Below, one piece after another: positions 22,910 through 35,365 of a stretch of DNA of 57,226 bases. The notes below the pieces were generated by a model, which saw nothing but the letters and a program-made list of their open reading frames with translations, was not told where the DNA came from and did no database searches. The translations under genes and the position numbers were made by a program. The stretch is from the NCBI GenBank assembly GCA_001179505.1, contig CDMY01000529.1, forward strand, positions 1 through 57,226, written 5' to 3'. Source of the stretch: Vitrella brassicaformis CCMP3155. Lineage: Eukaryota; Protista; Chromerida. Position 1 is the stretch's first letter, and every line of letters starts with the position of its first letter.

Positions 22910-25359
22910 ATGCTCCGGCAAACCGACATTCGTCGCTTCCTGCGGCCTGCCCCGGCACCACACAAGGGAGATCAAGAGCCTCAAGAGCGCCATGATGAGC
23001 AGCCGACAGGTGCATATGATGAGATGACGGCAACCACGGCACAGACGAGGTGTGAAATGCGCTGATGTGTTGTTGTCGTGCCGTGTGTGTGTGTCAGATT
23101 TCAGCAGCCCGGAGCCTCAGGCCATCGCCAACGCCATTATCACACAGCGACAGCTGGTGAGCCAAAGACGCTACGTGAAGCACACACACACATGGATGTG
23201 TCTGCTCGTTCGTCTGGTCAGGCCGCCCCGCCGCCCAATGCGTCGCTGTGTGGTGTCCCGCCCGAGAAGCTGGCCCATGTGTGTGACCACATGCCAACAC
23301 TGGAGGCCATCCGCCTGGCTCTCCTCGACAAGACCATGCAGGACACGTGCTGTTCGCCGTTCGTCATCCGCCATCTGATCATCACCCCCGCCACCCACAA
23401 GCTCTGGCGCAGAGCATCGCGGGCCGTCCTGCGGCAGCTGCGGGGCCGGCTGACCCGCCTGCAGACGGCCGCCATCGCCACAGACGAAGAGGTCTACTCG
23501 CGAGGGCCCGATCAGGACCGGCCGGGCGAGGACACCGCCAGTGACGACGGCCAACAAGAGGACGATGAGCTGATGCAAGTGGTGGGCGGAGGGACGGAGG
23601 GACGCCGCCGCGCCCTCGGCCATCGGTCGGTATACGCCAAGATGCTCGAGGGTTCGGCGGCATCGCTCCGCAAGTGTCGACTGGAGGACAAGACGACCTC
23701 CAACTTGCCGGTCACCGCCAGCCCTCGGCCGCCGAGGGTCACCTTCGGCAAGCTTGAGGAGGTGGTCCTGTGCGACGCACTGTGGCAGGGCGTGGCCAAA
23801 TCGCGGCGATGGTCCCTCCCCGCCCTCAAGACACTCGTCAGCAGCAGCCTTTTCATTGCGCCCCAAAACCTCATGAGCTGGATCAAGGCATCGCCCCACC
23901 TCAGCCACGTCCACGTGACGCCCATCAGCCTTCCCCTCCTCACCTCATCCCTGTCGGCCGCCCCCTCTTTGGTCAACCTGACCTCGCTGGGCTGCATTCT
24001 TCTGAAGTGGACGGACGCCTCATCATGGGAGCCGCTGCTGAGTGTGCTGGAGGCCAAGTGGGCCATGGGAGCCAACGGCCGCATCCACACACTCGGCGTG
24101 TGCCTTGAGATGGATGACATGGAGCCAGATGGCATCCTTACCAGCCTGCGAGCCCTCGCAGCGGCCATCCAACGGCTGGCGGGTGTGGGAATATCGGCTG
24201 CGGACACTCAAGTGACGGCCATTCCCAAGGTAGCACCGTGGAACGACCACATTCTGTCGGACGGGGTCAACCCGCCGCACCAGCAGGTGGACAGCGTGGC
24301 GGTCCCGTCGTCTTCGAGTGCGGCAGCTGCGTGTGAGCCGTCTGTGGGCGGCGGGAGGAGGGCGCCCCTCTTCCCCAACATGGTGCCCACTGATGACCAT
24401 GACGACGATAACGCGAGTGGCGAGATGGCCGACGCGAAGCCCCCTCAGCGCCCTTTCCGGCTATTCGTCAGGATGCCCTCTGGATTCGACGACAGGCTGC
24501 TGCGTCTCGGTCTGACGGCCTCCGACGTGCTGCCCAAGAAGATCGTCCGCGAGATGGCCCGAGTGGCCAAGTCCATGAAGGTCAAGACGGTGTCGAGCAC
24601 GGCACCGGCGGGCAGCTTCGATGACTACGTGTTCGAGTCGCTGACCGAATTGACCATCCAAGATTCCCTTCTCACCGACGGCGTGCTGCCGTCGCTCCCA
24701 GCCGCCCCATGCAGCCGCTTCCCGCGACTGCAATCCGTCACCTTCGTGCTCCCGTCCGTCCACTTGGTTCGAGAGGGCGGGGTGAGGGAGCTGTTCGAGC
24801 CAGTCAAGGGCCAGCTCAAAAAAAGATCATCGTCACGCTCACGGACACACCCAGCCGATACGACACGACCTACGGCACGGGCCAGCCGCCGCCCCGTGAG
24901 GCCGCCCCCGCCCTCCTCGCACAGCTGGCACTCGAGTGTCTTGACACCATCGGCCATGTGAACGAGGTGGCGTTGGTCTTCGTGCCTGCACAGCTTGATG
25001 ATATCGAGGCTTTCCGGCCGCAGACATGCCCCATCAACCACCTCTTCACGACTCCCGAGCTCGCCGCTCGGCTGCCGTCCATCAAGGAGCTGTTCATTAC
25101 CACGCCTTATTGCGTCCACGGCCGCTTCGGCGATGTGCAGCTGGACTTCATCACGGCCGTCACGCACAACACACCAGGGCTCAAGAAGGTGGCGTTCAGC
25201 GAGCGGGTGACTGAGCAATTGGCCAGCGAGAGGACACACCCGCTGCGTCACTCCCCTGCCTATTTGGCGTCTGCTGCTGTGGATGGGGCCCTGGCATCGG
25301 CCGGGTCGCCATTTGTGGTGGTCAAGACGGACGGTACCGAACTTTCTCTGGAGCGATAG
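22910..25359 (+). CDS. F-box-like/LRR-like protein, paralog B, with N-terminal PIP-box-like motif; frameshift at A7 run 24818-24824
   Basis: Exon1 MLRQTDIRRFLRP...; same exon structure as paralog A; F-box-like SLCGVPPEKLAHVCDHMPTLEAIRLALLDKTM. Homology with A continues only after switching from ORF 23078-24961 to ORF 24709-25359 (...LRHSPAYLASAAVDGALASAGSPFVVVKTDG). Confidence 0.75.
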
Positions 25360-26347
25360 ATGGAGGCGGCTGGGAACGGCTGGGTGGGACAGAGGAGATA
25401 GGAGGATGGGGGGCTGTGCGGGCTGACTTAGTGATAGCATTTATTGACCTTTATCTAGTAGGTGGCGACTTCATGTGCATGTTCAACCGCTATGACAGAC
25501 ACAGACACAGACAGACAGACAGACAGGCTGACTAGCGGTGCTTGACTTGAAAAACTGTCCCTCACAGGGCACACGTGCACTGCGGGCAGGGTTATGAGCA
25601 GTGCACACACGTCACATTCAGGGTTTGTCTGTCATTCTGGCAGTCAGGCCTTCACCAACACAACACTCCTCTCTTCGCAGCCGAGGGCGGGCGGACGGAC
25701 AGAGGCCACGTGCGCGTCTGGGCTCTCTCTTTCTGTGTGTGTGTGGATGTGTGGCGACTCTTTGTGAATGCATCAGTCCATGTGCATCATGTTCATCAGT
25801 ATGAGTCGAGCCGACACACGTCTGTCTGCCAGCTGCATGCCACAAAGGAGAGGGAGAGAGAGCAGACAGAATACACGCACACAGATCTGTCTGAGCACCA
25901 CCCGGCCACGCCATCCGTCAAAGCCTTACACACCATCCACACACACACACACACATGGACGACCCAATCGGTCTTTCCTCACTCATCCCACTCCACACAT
26001 CAGTCACCACGCCTCACCCTAAAACGATCCCCCTGTCGATGACGTCACTCTCGAGACCGAATCGCGCAGCACACCACACCACAGGTGCATCGAAATGGGA
26101 TAGCTGAGACCGACAGTCACAAACAGACGGCCAGCAATGGTCTCGTTGGGCCGAAAGCCTTTCACAATCACAAGCCTTTCAGCATTCAGATCGCCAAGGC
26201 CGTAGCGGAAGTCGACAGCGATGCCCAAATCCTCTGTGACGTTGTCGGTCAGCAGGCGGCCATGACGATGGGTCGTCACGGCCGATTTGTGCACGCAGCA
26301 CCAGCCTCTCGCCCACATCATCTTCGTCCCACCGCTTCCACCCATAC

Positions 26348-26778
26348 CTTGATGTCTTGCTTGGTCATGCCGGGCAGCTCAGCGGCCACGATGACGTTGT
26401 TGCTGTCGTCGTGGGATATGTCCATCCGCGGCGCCCAGGTGAGCAGCGACGAGATGCTGCTGGGCGGACGCTCCTCGCTCACGTGCTGCGCTATCTGCCC
26501 ACCCCCACCCTCCGGCTCGGCCGGTGTGGTGTCGGTGAGCATGACGCCCACGCCGGCGGGGCGTCCGCTGAGGCGGCCGACGTCGTTGAAAAGCGAGTCC
26601 ATCTGGCGCTGCATCTGACGCAGCTCACGGCCCAGCGAACGGAAATCGGCGCCTGCAGCCATCAACACACACAGAGAGGACAAGACACATGGAGAGCAAA
26701 CAGGCAGATGAGGCGGTGTGAGGTTTTAGTGTGCCGCATGCGTGTCTGTGCGTTACCGAATGGGTCGTCGCGGAACAT
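26348..26778 (-). pseudogene. HSP20: Truncated duplicate of HSP20 (exons 1-2 only)
   Basis: MFRDDPF | AAGADFRSLGRELRQMQRQMDSLF...AELPGMTKQDIK is near-identical to copy 1; no counterpart of exons 3-4 (LDFQDG..., ERQVGKFHR...) follows. Confidence 0.8.
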
Positions 26779-27148
26779 CTTGGCATCTCGACAGTGGAAT
26801 ACTGGCGTGTCAACAGATGATTCAGGCAGATGGACAAATGGCCGTACAGATCAGCGCGTCGGTAGTTTCCCGGACGGTTCGCTGAGTGACACAATAAGTG
26901 CACTAGACACGCTTCTTCTCCGCATCAAGCAGGCCCTCGCGAATGCACGGAGCGCCTGCGGGATGAAGAATTGTCGCTAAGGGGCCACCAACGTTGACCG
27001 CCAAGAAAGGCACTTGGCATATCCAGTAATTCCTTTCGTTCTACGATGATGCCGCCGCTCGCCGAGCATCCAAAATCTGATATCAACACACAGCAGAAGG
27101 GCTTCTTGATGCGGCTCACCCGTTCCTTAGAATTGGCGTGCGTACCTG

Positions 27149-27891
27149 TCAGGCGCAGCACTCGATGTGGTGCACAGCATATCGGTTCGGAGCCAAGTCA
27201 CCCTCTCCCAGAGGCTCCAGCGTCAGAGGGTCCACCCCGTGGTCGCTGATCTGTCGGAGGATGGCCGACAGCTCGTAGCAGTGCCCTGCGTGGGTGAGAA
27301 GCAACGGGTGAGAGGAAATGGTCAGCTTCAAGATGCATACCTGAGGGTGTGATGACGGGAGTGCGCGGAACGGCCAATGAGATGGGACACCGCTCCACGG
27401 AGGCCGGAAACTCATGGTCAGGAACTGCATGCATGAAACCCCATTAATCGCAAACCAGGCAAACAAATAGCCCATCCATACCGCCCCCTTGCTGTTGGTT
27501 ACTCACCCGTTCACTCACCTTTATCGAGTACTTCTCTGATGAGAGCAGCGTCCACACCCCGGAAGCGCACTCTCCTATAAGGTGCGGGGCGGGGAGCTGG
27601 AGGGCGGGGAGCGAGAGGGTGTGCGGCAGCGCCGGCCGCGGCGGGAGGCTGAGGAGCTACTGCGGCATGAGCAGCGCCCGCAGGACGCTGAGCCACGTCA
27701 GCGTTTTGAGCGTTCAGCCGGCGCAGCGCCCATGGGCGCAGCGCTGGAACAAGGCTGCACAGCTTCAGAAGGATTCCCTCCAAGATCCCCAACTTGGACC
27801 CCAAGAAGATCCACAAACAGTACAAAAAGCCGATCAACAGGAGTATCACAATTTCTATCACCAAGAGCATGAAGGAAGACAAGGAACGCAT
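27149..27891 (-). CDS. U-box E3 ubiquitin ligase with N-terminal transmembrane segment; 5' and 3' ends uncertain
   Basis: Spliced U-box: DHEFPASVERCPISLAVPRTPVITPS|GHCYELSAILRQISDHGVDPLTLEPLGEGDLAPNR; hydrophobic FMLLVIEIVILLLIGFLYCLWIFLG upstream. A possible further exon ALRAFAR lies near 26950, and an upstream ATG at 28211 is possible. Confidence 0.8.
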
Positions 27892-28314
27892 CAAGGACCC
27901 CCTCCAGTCCGCCGGAAGGAGCGCTGGCTTCAAACATCTGCATGATCTGCATGTTTCCCTCGTTAATTAGCTGGATCTTGCGCTGCTCCGCTGTGCCAGC
28001 CACACAGACACACAAACACACATATGCACATACACACGGACGTGCGAATGAAACAAGACACACGCAAACGGTCTTTCTGGCAGTGCTCACCTCGCCGTAT
28101 GCGGATGATCACCCATAGGATGATCAGCTCTGGTGGGTCGGCAAGTGCGCCTCGTCTTGTCTGTTGATGCCAACACCGTTCAGGGAAGAGATCTTCCACC
28201 TCCGTTCTCATCAAACCCAACCCCAGAAACCCTTACCCTTCACGTCTGCGGATTTAGCCACAAAGTAAGATCTCTCGGATGAGGTAGCGCTTGAAGCCAC
28301 AGGCAGCGTGAGCG

Positions 28315-31300
28315 ATGAGCATCCCCCCTCCCCCCCGCACCAATCCCGTCGGTCCGCCGCCTCCGCCAGGCGCCCCCTCCGGCCATCCATCCATCGGACC
28401 AACACCTGCACCACCACCAGGAGGGCCAGGCGGCGCCACGTCGTTGCCCGGCGCGTCGCGGCCTCCCGGCCCGCCGCCTCAGTTTTTCGTAGATCACAAG
28501 AAGGGCGAGGTGAATGAGCTACGGCAGCTGCTGCGGCAGGTGCAGCTCGACAAGGACCAGCAGAAGAAGCGGGATGCCATCAAGAAAGTCATCGCCTACA
28601 TGACACTCGGTCAGTCAAGGAAGGAAGGCTCTTTGATGGCATTAGTGATGGCACACGCACCGGCAGAGAGAGAGAGAGAGAGATCATGCTTGTCTGTTGT
28701 GTTGCGTTGTGGTGTTGTGTGTGTGCGTGTGTGTGCGTGTGTTTGGTGTGTGCAGGGATCGATGTGAGCAAACTGTTCAGCGAGATGATCATGGCGACCA
28801 GCACCACCGACCTCGTTCAGAAGAAGATGATCTACCTCTACCTTGCCAACTACGCCGGTGAGTTCGCATGCATCACGACACACACCACACACACCACACA
28901 CACCAGGGATGATGCTGCGGCGTGTCTGACGTGTCTGGCGTGTGTGGTGTGTGCAGAGAGCAATAGCGAGTTGGCGATCCTGGCGGTCAACACGTTGCAG
29001 AAGGACTGCCGCGACGAGGACCCCACAATCCGGGGGCTGGCACTCAGGAGCCTCTGCAGCCTCAGACTCACAAACATGGTCGAGTACCTCGAGGCAGGTA
29101 CGTTCCTTGTGCGAGGCGCGTGAGCCCGCCGTCATTGGCAATCCCATTCACCCTTGTGTGTTGTGTGTGGTGTGTGGTGCGTGCAGCGATCCGCCGTGGT
29201 TTGAACGACCACAATGGTTATGTGCGCAAGACGGCCGTGGTGGGGTGTCTGAAGCTGTACCACATCAGCCCGGAGGTGGTCAAGGACTCAGACCTGCTCT
29301 CCATACTCTACAAGCTCACCGCTGATGGAGACCCGCAGGTACACACACACACACACACACACACGGGCACACACAAGTGAGATCGTGTTGTCTGCTGTCT
29401 GTCTGTCTGTCTGTCTGTGTGTGTGTGTGTATCTGTGTGTGTGGCTGCAGGTCGTGACGAACGCCTTGTGTGCGCTGAACGAGATGCACACAGAGGAGGG
29501 CGGCATGGCCTTCGACAGAAACCTGATGATACACCTCCTCAACAGGTCGGTGTGCAGACCGCTCTCTCTCTCTCTCCCCTGTTGATGTCTGCCTGTGTGT
29601 GTGTGTGTGTCGGCAGGATCCGGTACTTCAGCGAGTGGGGCCAGAGCATCATCCTGAACCTCCTCACGCACTACCCCCCGGCCGACGACAACGAGCGGTT
29701 CGACATCATGAACATCCTCGAGGAACGGCTCAAACACGCCTCAGCCGCTGTCGTACTGGTCAGCTGCTGTTTGTGTGTGTGTGTGCGTGTGTGTGTGACG
29801 GTCTGTGTGAGTGTGTGTGATGGTCTGTGTGTGTTGGTCACCCACCCAGGGTGTGACCAAGTGCTTCGTGTGCTTAACTGAGAGCCACCCGGAGCTGCAT
29901 TACCAGGTGCTGCTGCGGCTCAAGGACCCCCTCCTGACCCTCGTGTCGACGTCGTGCTTCGAGCTGTCCTACACCGTGCTGGTGCACATCCTCCTGCTGC
30001 TCTCCAAGGGTGAGTGAGCACCGAGCGCCAGTTGAGCACATGTATGTGGCGGCAGTGGATGATATGATTTCTACTGTGTGGTGTGGTGTGGTGTGGTGTG
30101 GTGTGTCTGTTAGTGGACTCGTTGGGTGTGATGGAGCACGACTACAAGCACTTTTTCTGCCGGTACAACGAGCCGTCCTACATCAAGACCGTCAAGCTGG
30201 ACATTCTCAAGACGCTCGCCACACCGGTAGTAGGCACCCCCCCATCCCCCGTCAGCCCCCAACACCAACATACACCCTCTCACACACCGTCCCACACGCA
30301 CACAAAGAGAGAGAGAGATGGACGTCATGCTGTCTGTCATGCTATCAGGCCAATGTGGGTGAGATTCTGACCGAGCTGAGTGAGTACGTGAGCGACGTCG
30401 ACTCGGACATCGCCAAGAAGACCATCCAGGCGGTGGGTGCGCTGGCCCTCAAGATCCCCGAGGCCGTCGACACCATCGTGGAGCAGCTCCTGGGCTTCCT
30501 CAGCCTCGATATCGACTACGTCTCAACTGCCACTGTGGTCGTCATGAAGGACCTGCTGAGGAAATACCAGCAGGTGGGCATCCAGCCATCCATCCAGCCA
30601 TCCCTCTGTGTGTGAGTGTGTGTGTGTGTGTGTGTGGATCAGCAATTCAGCCGTGTTGTGGGTGTGATGGAGAAGTGCCTCAAAGTGGTGGCCGACCCCG
30701 AGGGGCTCTGCGCCGTCCTATGGATGCTAGGTAGCTACCGCCACCATAACACATCACACAAACACACGACGATCCATCCCATCACCCGATGCGTCTTCTA
30801 CGGCCGTCACTCACCAGGGGAGTTTGGCGAGTCCATCGACGACAGCCCGTACCTGTTGGAGCCCCTGGTAGAACGGTTCGGCGAGGAGGAGAGCGCGTCC
30901 GTCAAGACGGAGCTGCTCACCGCGGCCATGAAGCTCTTCTTCAAGCGGCCGCCGGAGATGCAAAAGATACTCGGCAGCCTCCTCTCTAAGGTCTGTCAGC
31001 TCGGCCGGCCAGCCAGCCACCCACAATCCTGCCACTCTGTGTCTATTTGATGGATGGATGGGCTCAGGCGGTTCAGGAGACGAGCAGCCCTGACGTCCAC
31101 GACAGGGCGCTGCTGTACTACCGCCTGGTGTCCTACAACGTCCTCGAGGCGCAGCGCATCATTAACTGCGCAAAGCAGCCGGTGGAGGGATTCCAGGTAC
31201 CCAAGGAGCAAGGTGGATGGATGGATGGATGGATGGATGAGGCCGCACTGGTGCTTGCTGCTTCTGTGTCAGTCATTTGTGTGTGGTTCTGTGTGTGGTT

Positions 31301-32545
31301 GTGTGTGTGTGTGTGTATGCCCACCACCCCACCAGGAGAACGTCGACAAGGATGTGAAGGAGAAGCTCTTCGGGGAGTTTAACTCACTCAGCGTCCTCTA
31401 CGGCCAGACCTACCACAAATTCGTCAACACCAAGAACATATTCGCAGCAGGTAAGTAGTAAGATACCTACCCCTCCCCCCTCCCTCCTCCACCCCCATGT
31501 GTCTCATCTGCTCTCATGACAGGTCGGTACCAGGGCAGCGAGTCTCGCGGGGCGTCCACCGACGCCCTCCCTGAGGCCCTCGACACCACACAGACCGACC
31601 TCAATGGCCTCCCAGCAGCAGCAGCAGCAGCAGCCGACGAGGAGCCCAATCTCCTAGGGGACACGGCAGACCAGCCCTCAACATCGCTGCTGATGGACCA
31701 CACACATGTGCCGCTGCCCGACGGCCCGGCGGCTGCCTTGGGCGGTGTGGGTGTGGGTGTGGGTGATGGCGGTGATCTGCTGGGGCTGGGAGGTGGGGAG
31801 GGGGAGGAGCAGAGAGCAGCACCCACGACAGTCGCCGACTCGCTCCTGGGAGACATCGAGCATGAAGCCACGTGAGCCAGACGCAACGCACCCCTCTCTC
31901 GAGAATTGTCATTGTGTGTGTGTATGTGTGTATGTTTGTCGTTCGTCAGGTCGGTTCCCCCGGCGGCAGCCAGTAGCGCCGGAAGTGCCGGCTCCCAGCC
32001 CCACCCAGGCGCCCTCGATCTCGCCTTCGGCCTCACCACCTCCCCGCCCCCAGCACCATCACCATCCACCTCGTCCACCACCCCCTCCATTGCTCTCGCG
32101 TCGCGGCCTGCGATGGACGCCCCCCAGTTCGAGAGGCGATGGACGGCGCTCTCTGTGCGGCACACCGAGAGCAGGTCGGCCGCGCTGCCCACCGACACGC
32201 ACAGCGTCCTTGCAGCTGTCGAGCAGAGCTGCGAGCAGAGGAGGATCTACTGCATGGTGGGTACAGACCCATGAGATCGATGAGTGTCATCTGCACACAT
32301 CTGGCAAAATGTTATGTGGTGTGCAGGCGTCAGGGGCGGCGGGGTCGCAGCTGAAGTTCTTCTTCTATGCGATGGAGGAGGGCGGTCCCGGTGGTGGTGG
32401 TGTTGGTGTGTATTTCTTTGTCGAGTGCGTCATGGAGGCGGGCAGCGGTGTGAAGGTGACGGTCAAGAGTGAGGGCGGGGCGGACAAGGTGGCCCTCTTC
32501 GTGGCGGAGCTCTGGAGGGCACTGCAGCAATTCATTGGGGCCTAA
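28315..32545 (+). CDS. AP4B1: AP-4 adaptor complex beta subunit, multi-exon
   Basis: KKGEVNELRQLL...KRDAIKKVIAYMTLGIDVSKLFSEMIMAT...LVQKKMIYLYL, LAILAVNTLQKDCRDEDPTIRGLALRSLCSLR, YVRKTAVVGCLKLYH, SPDVHDRALLYYRL, EFNSLSVLY; short C-terminal appendage FERRW...KVTVKSE typical of beta-4. Confidence 0.9.
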
Positions 32546-33302
32546 TGGCTGGATAGATAGCCGAGGGGAGGGCGGTGCGTGGCTGTCCATGTCTGTGTGT
32601 GTGTCTGTCTACGGCACTGTTTTTGGTCTGGTGGTTTGGATTGGAGAGAGTCCGTGTCAGATTTGGCGCGTCTGGTGACACGTCTCATCTTGATGGCGTC
32701 TGGCTCTGTGTGTGCGGGCGCATTCAGCCATTTTGCAATGAGTGACCGTTTTCGACTTCCATCAGCTCTTCCTCTCCTGCCGATCATGTCCTGCCGGCAG
32801 ACGCGGAGCACGTAGGCAGCGGTCCGCCTATGTGCTCTCCGTCTGCTTGCGCGACAGTATCGACAGTGGAGAAGCCGGTGCATCAATATGTATCATCAAT
32901 CAGGGTGCGTTGCAAGTCTCATTCACATCTCTCATTGGATCATGAGATCAGACAACCTCCCTCCCTCCCTCCCTCCCCTCAATGACATTGTCAATGCCTC
33001 GTGCTGTCTGCGTCTGATATCATCTCTTCTCATCTCATCTCATCTCTCAGGCATCTATCTAAATGTCCCCCCTCCCTCCCTCCCTGGCTCATCCAAGTGA
33101 GTCATCATCTCTCACCAACCCCTCCACAACACAGACAGGCACACAGGCACACACACACACAACGCATCAATGACTGAAACACTCGACACATCTCTCTCTC
33201 TCTTGAATCAATCAACCAGTGGGATGACACTCGCAGCCAACGACACGCCCGCCACACACACGACCCACAGCACATTGTCATATGACGTCACGGATTTCAC
33301 AG

Positions 33303-35305
33303 TCACGACACAGTCGTCTTGGGGCTCGACGGCGACGGGATGAGTGGCGGAATTGGCGGCGACGATTTGCTCTCTGAGGGAGGGGCGGGGGTAGGGGTAG
33401 GGGAGGGCGAGGGGCTTGGGGCGGGAGAAGGCTGTTGCTGCTGCTGCTGCTGGGCTCCAGTTCTGAAGTTGGTGAGCAGGTCGGCGAACGAGCTGGTCTT
33501 GGGCTTGACGAGGTTCTCCAGGCCCTCACGCACCACCACACGGTCGATGAAGTCGCCCTCCTGCAGGAAAGGCGTGATCTCCTCCATACCGTCCACCACA
33601 TAGCCGAACACGCTGTACCGACCGTCGAGCACCTGGGCTCCCTGAATGAATGATCAATCAATGAATCAATGACACACACACGCGTCCGTCTGCTGCCTCC
33701 GGTGGGGTGGGTGTGCGGTTGTGTCTGTCGGACCTCCTGCAGTTGTCCCATCTTGGCGGGTGGCTGCTGCGTCCTCAGCCAGAAAAATTCGCTGGAGCCG
33801 CCGTTGGGATCGTCGGGGGGGTGCGCCAAGGCCAACGCACCCTATACCACCACACACAACACAACACAAGACCCGTTCACCCACACCCACACAGACATGC
33901 AGCAACACACCTGCACAGTGAAAGAGGTGAGTGGCCGCTTCTTGCGTGTGTTGGCGTCGAAGTTGTCGTCGCCATAGGTGAGGACGCCTTTGCGCTGCGA
34001 CCGGTCGGAGGGGAGCCGGATGGAGGCGAACGGCAGGGAGGGGTAGTCGTCGTCGACGGCGGGGTCGAAGCGCATCACCTCGAGCGGCACCTTGCGCAGC
34101 CGGCCAGTGGAGGGATCCACAAAACCCTCCTTGTAACGGCCACCTGCACACACCACACGCACACACAGGTCCATCCATCCATCCATTCATCAATGCTGCC
34201 TCTGCGTGTGCTGTCCGCCTGTCTGTGTGTGGAGGTGAGGCGCACCGATAACAGTTTGGAAGGACACAGGTCTCTCGTTGATGGCGCTTTCGTCGGGGCC
34301 GCCTGACTCTGTTAGCAGAGTGGTCTCGACGGCGGGTGGCTTCTCTGTGACGTTGGACAGGACGATGGGCAGATCGTTGTAGAAGCCCCGCACGGCCAGC
34401 TCCAGGAAGTTGCCCGCCGTCACGGGCGCACTGTACCCGTCAAGCACTATCGTCAAGTTGCCTAAACCCACACACACAACACAGCATGCGCCACCTCTCC
34501 CTCCCCCCTCTCCCTCCCCAGCTGACTGACCAAGAAAAGACGGATCGTCAGTGTTGATGACCCGTTTCCTGCCCGTCTCGACGTTGACATTAGGGTTGAC
34601 GGGCCGATCGCCATTGGCCTGTGTCTGGTTGATGACCAGGGTGAGCAGGGGAGGAGAGCCCTTGCGTCTGAAGAGGATGTCGACGGTGGCGCGGCCGAGC
34701 AGTCTGGGGAAGCGCTCGAACTCGTCTCGCTCCGGCACGCCGTAGGGGTAGTCCTTGACCTTGAGCGTGGCGATGTTCTGCAGGTGGTACAAACCGTCAT
34801 CGGCCGCATCGATGGCCGACGGGATGAAACCGTTCTCCAAGTACTGCATAGGCACAGACGCACACAATGGACACACAGACATGACACGGTGTGTGTGATC
34901 TGGATGGCTCGGTGTGTGTGTGGTTGCCGAGCTGACGATGGATGCGTTTTTGAGAGCCATTTTGAGGTCTTCGATCTGCCCCTCGCCGAATGCGAATCGC
35001 CTGATGGTGACGTCGCTGGGGTCCATCTCGCGGAAGGTCGGCTGCAGCTCGCTCCGGCGACTCTCGACCAGCGAACGGGCCTTCTGCAGGCAGGCACGAG
35101 TCACAGACGATGCGATACAGAAAAGACGATGGCGTGTGTGGGGGTGTGTGTGTGTGTATGTGTTGGTGTGCATCTGACTTACCCTGAGGCTGTCGATGTA
35201 TTTCTGCGGGACTGTGACGTCACTGTCGGCTGTCGTGTTGACATTCCTCAGGTCACTGATAAGGGTCAGCTCGCGCTCGAGCGTCTGCACACACACACAC
35301 ACACG

Positions 35306-35365
<60 letters not shown>

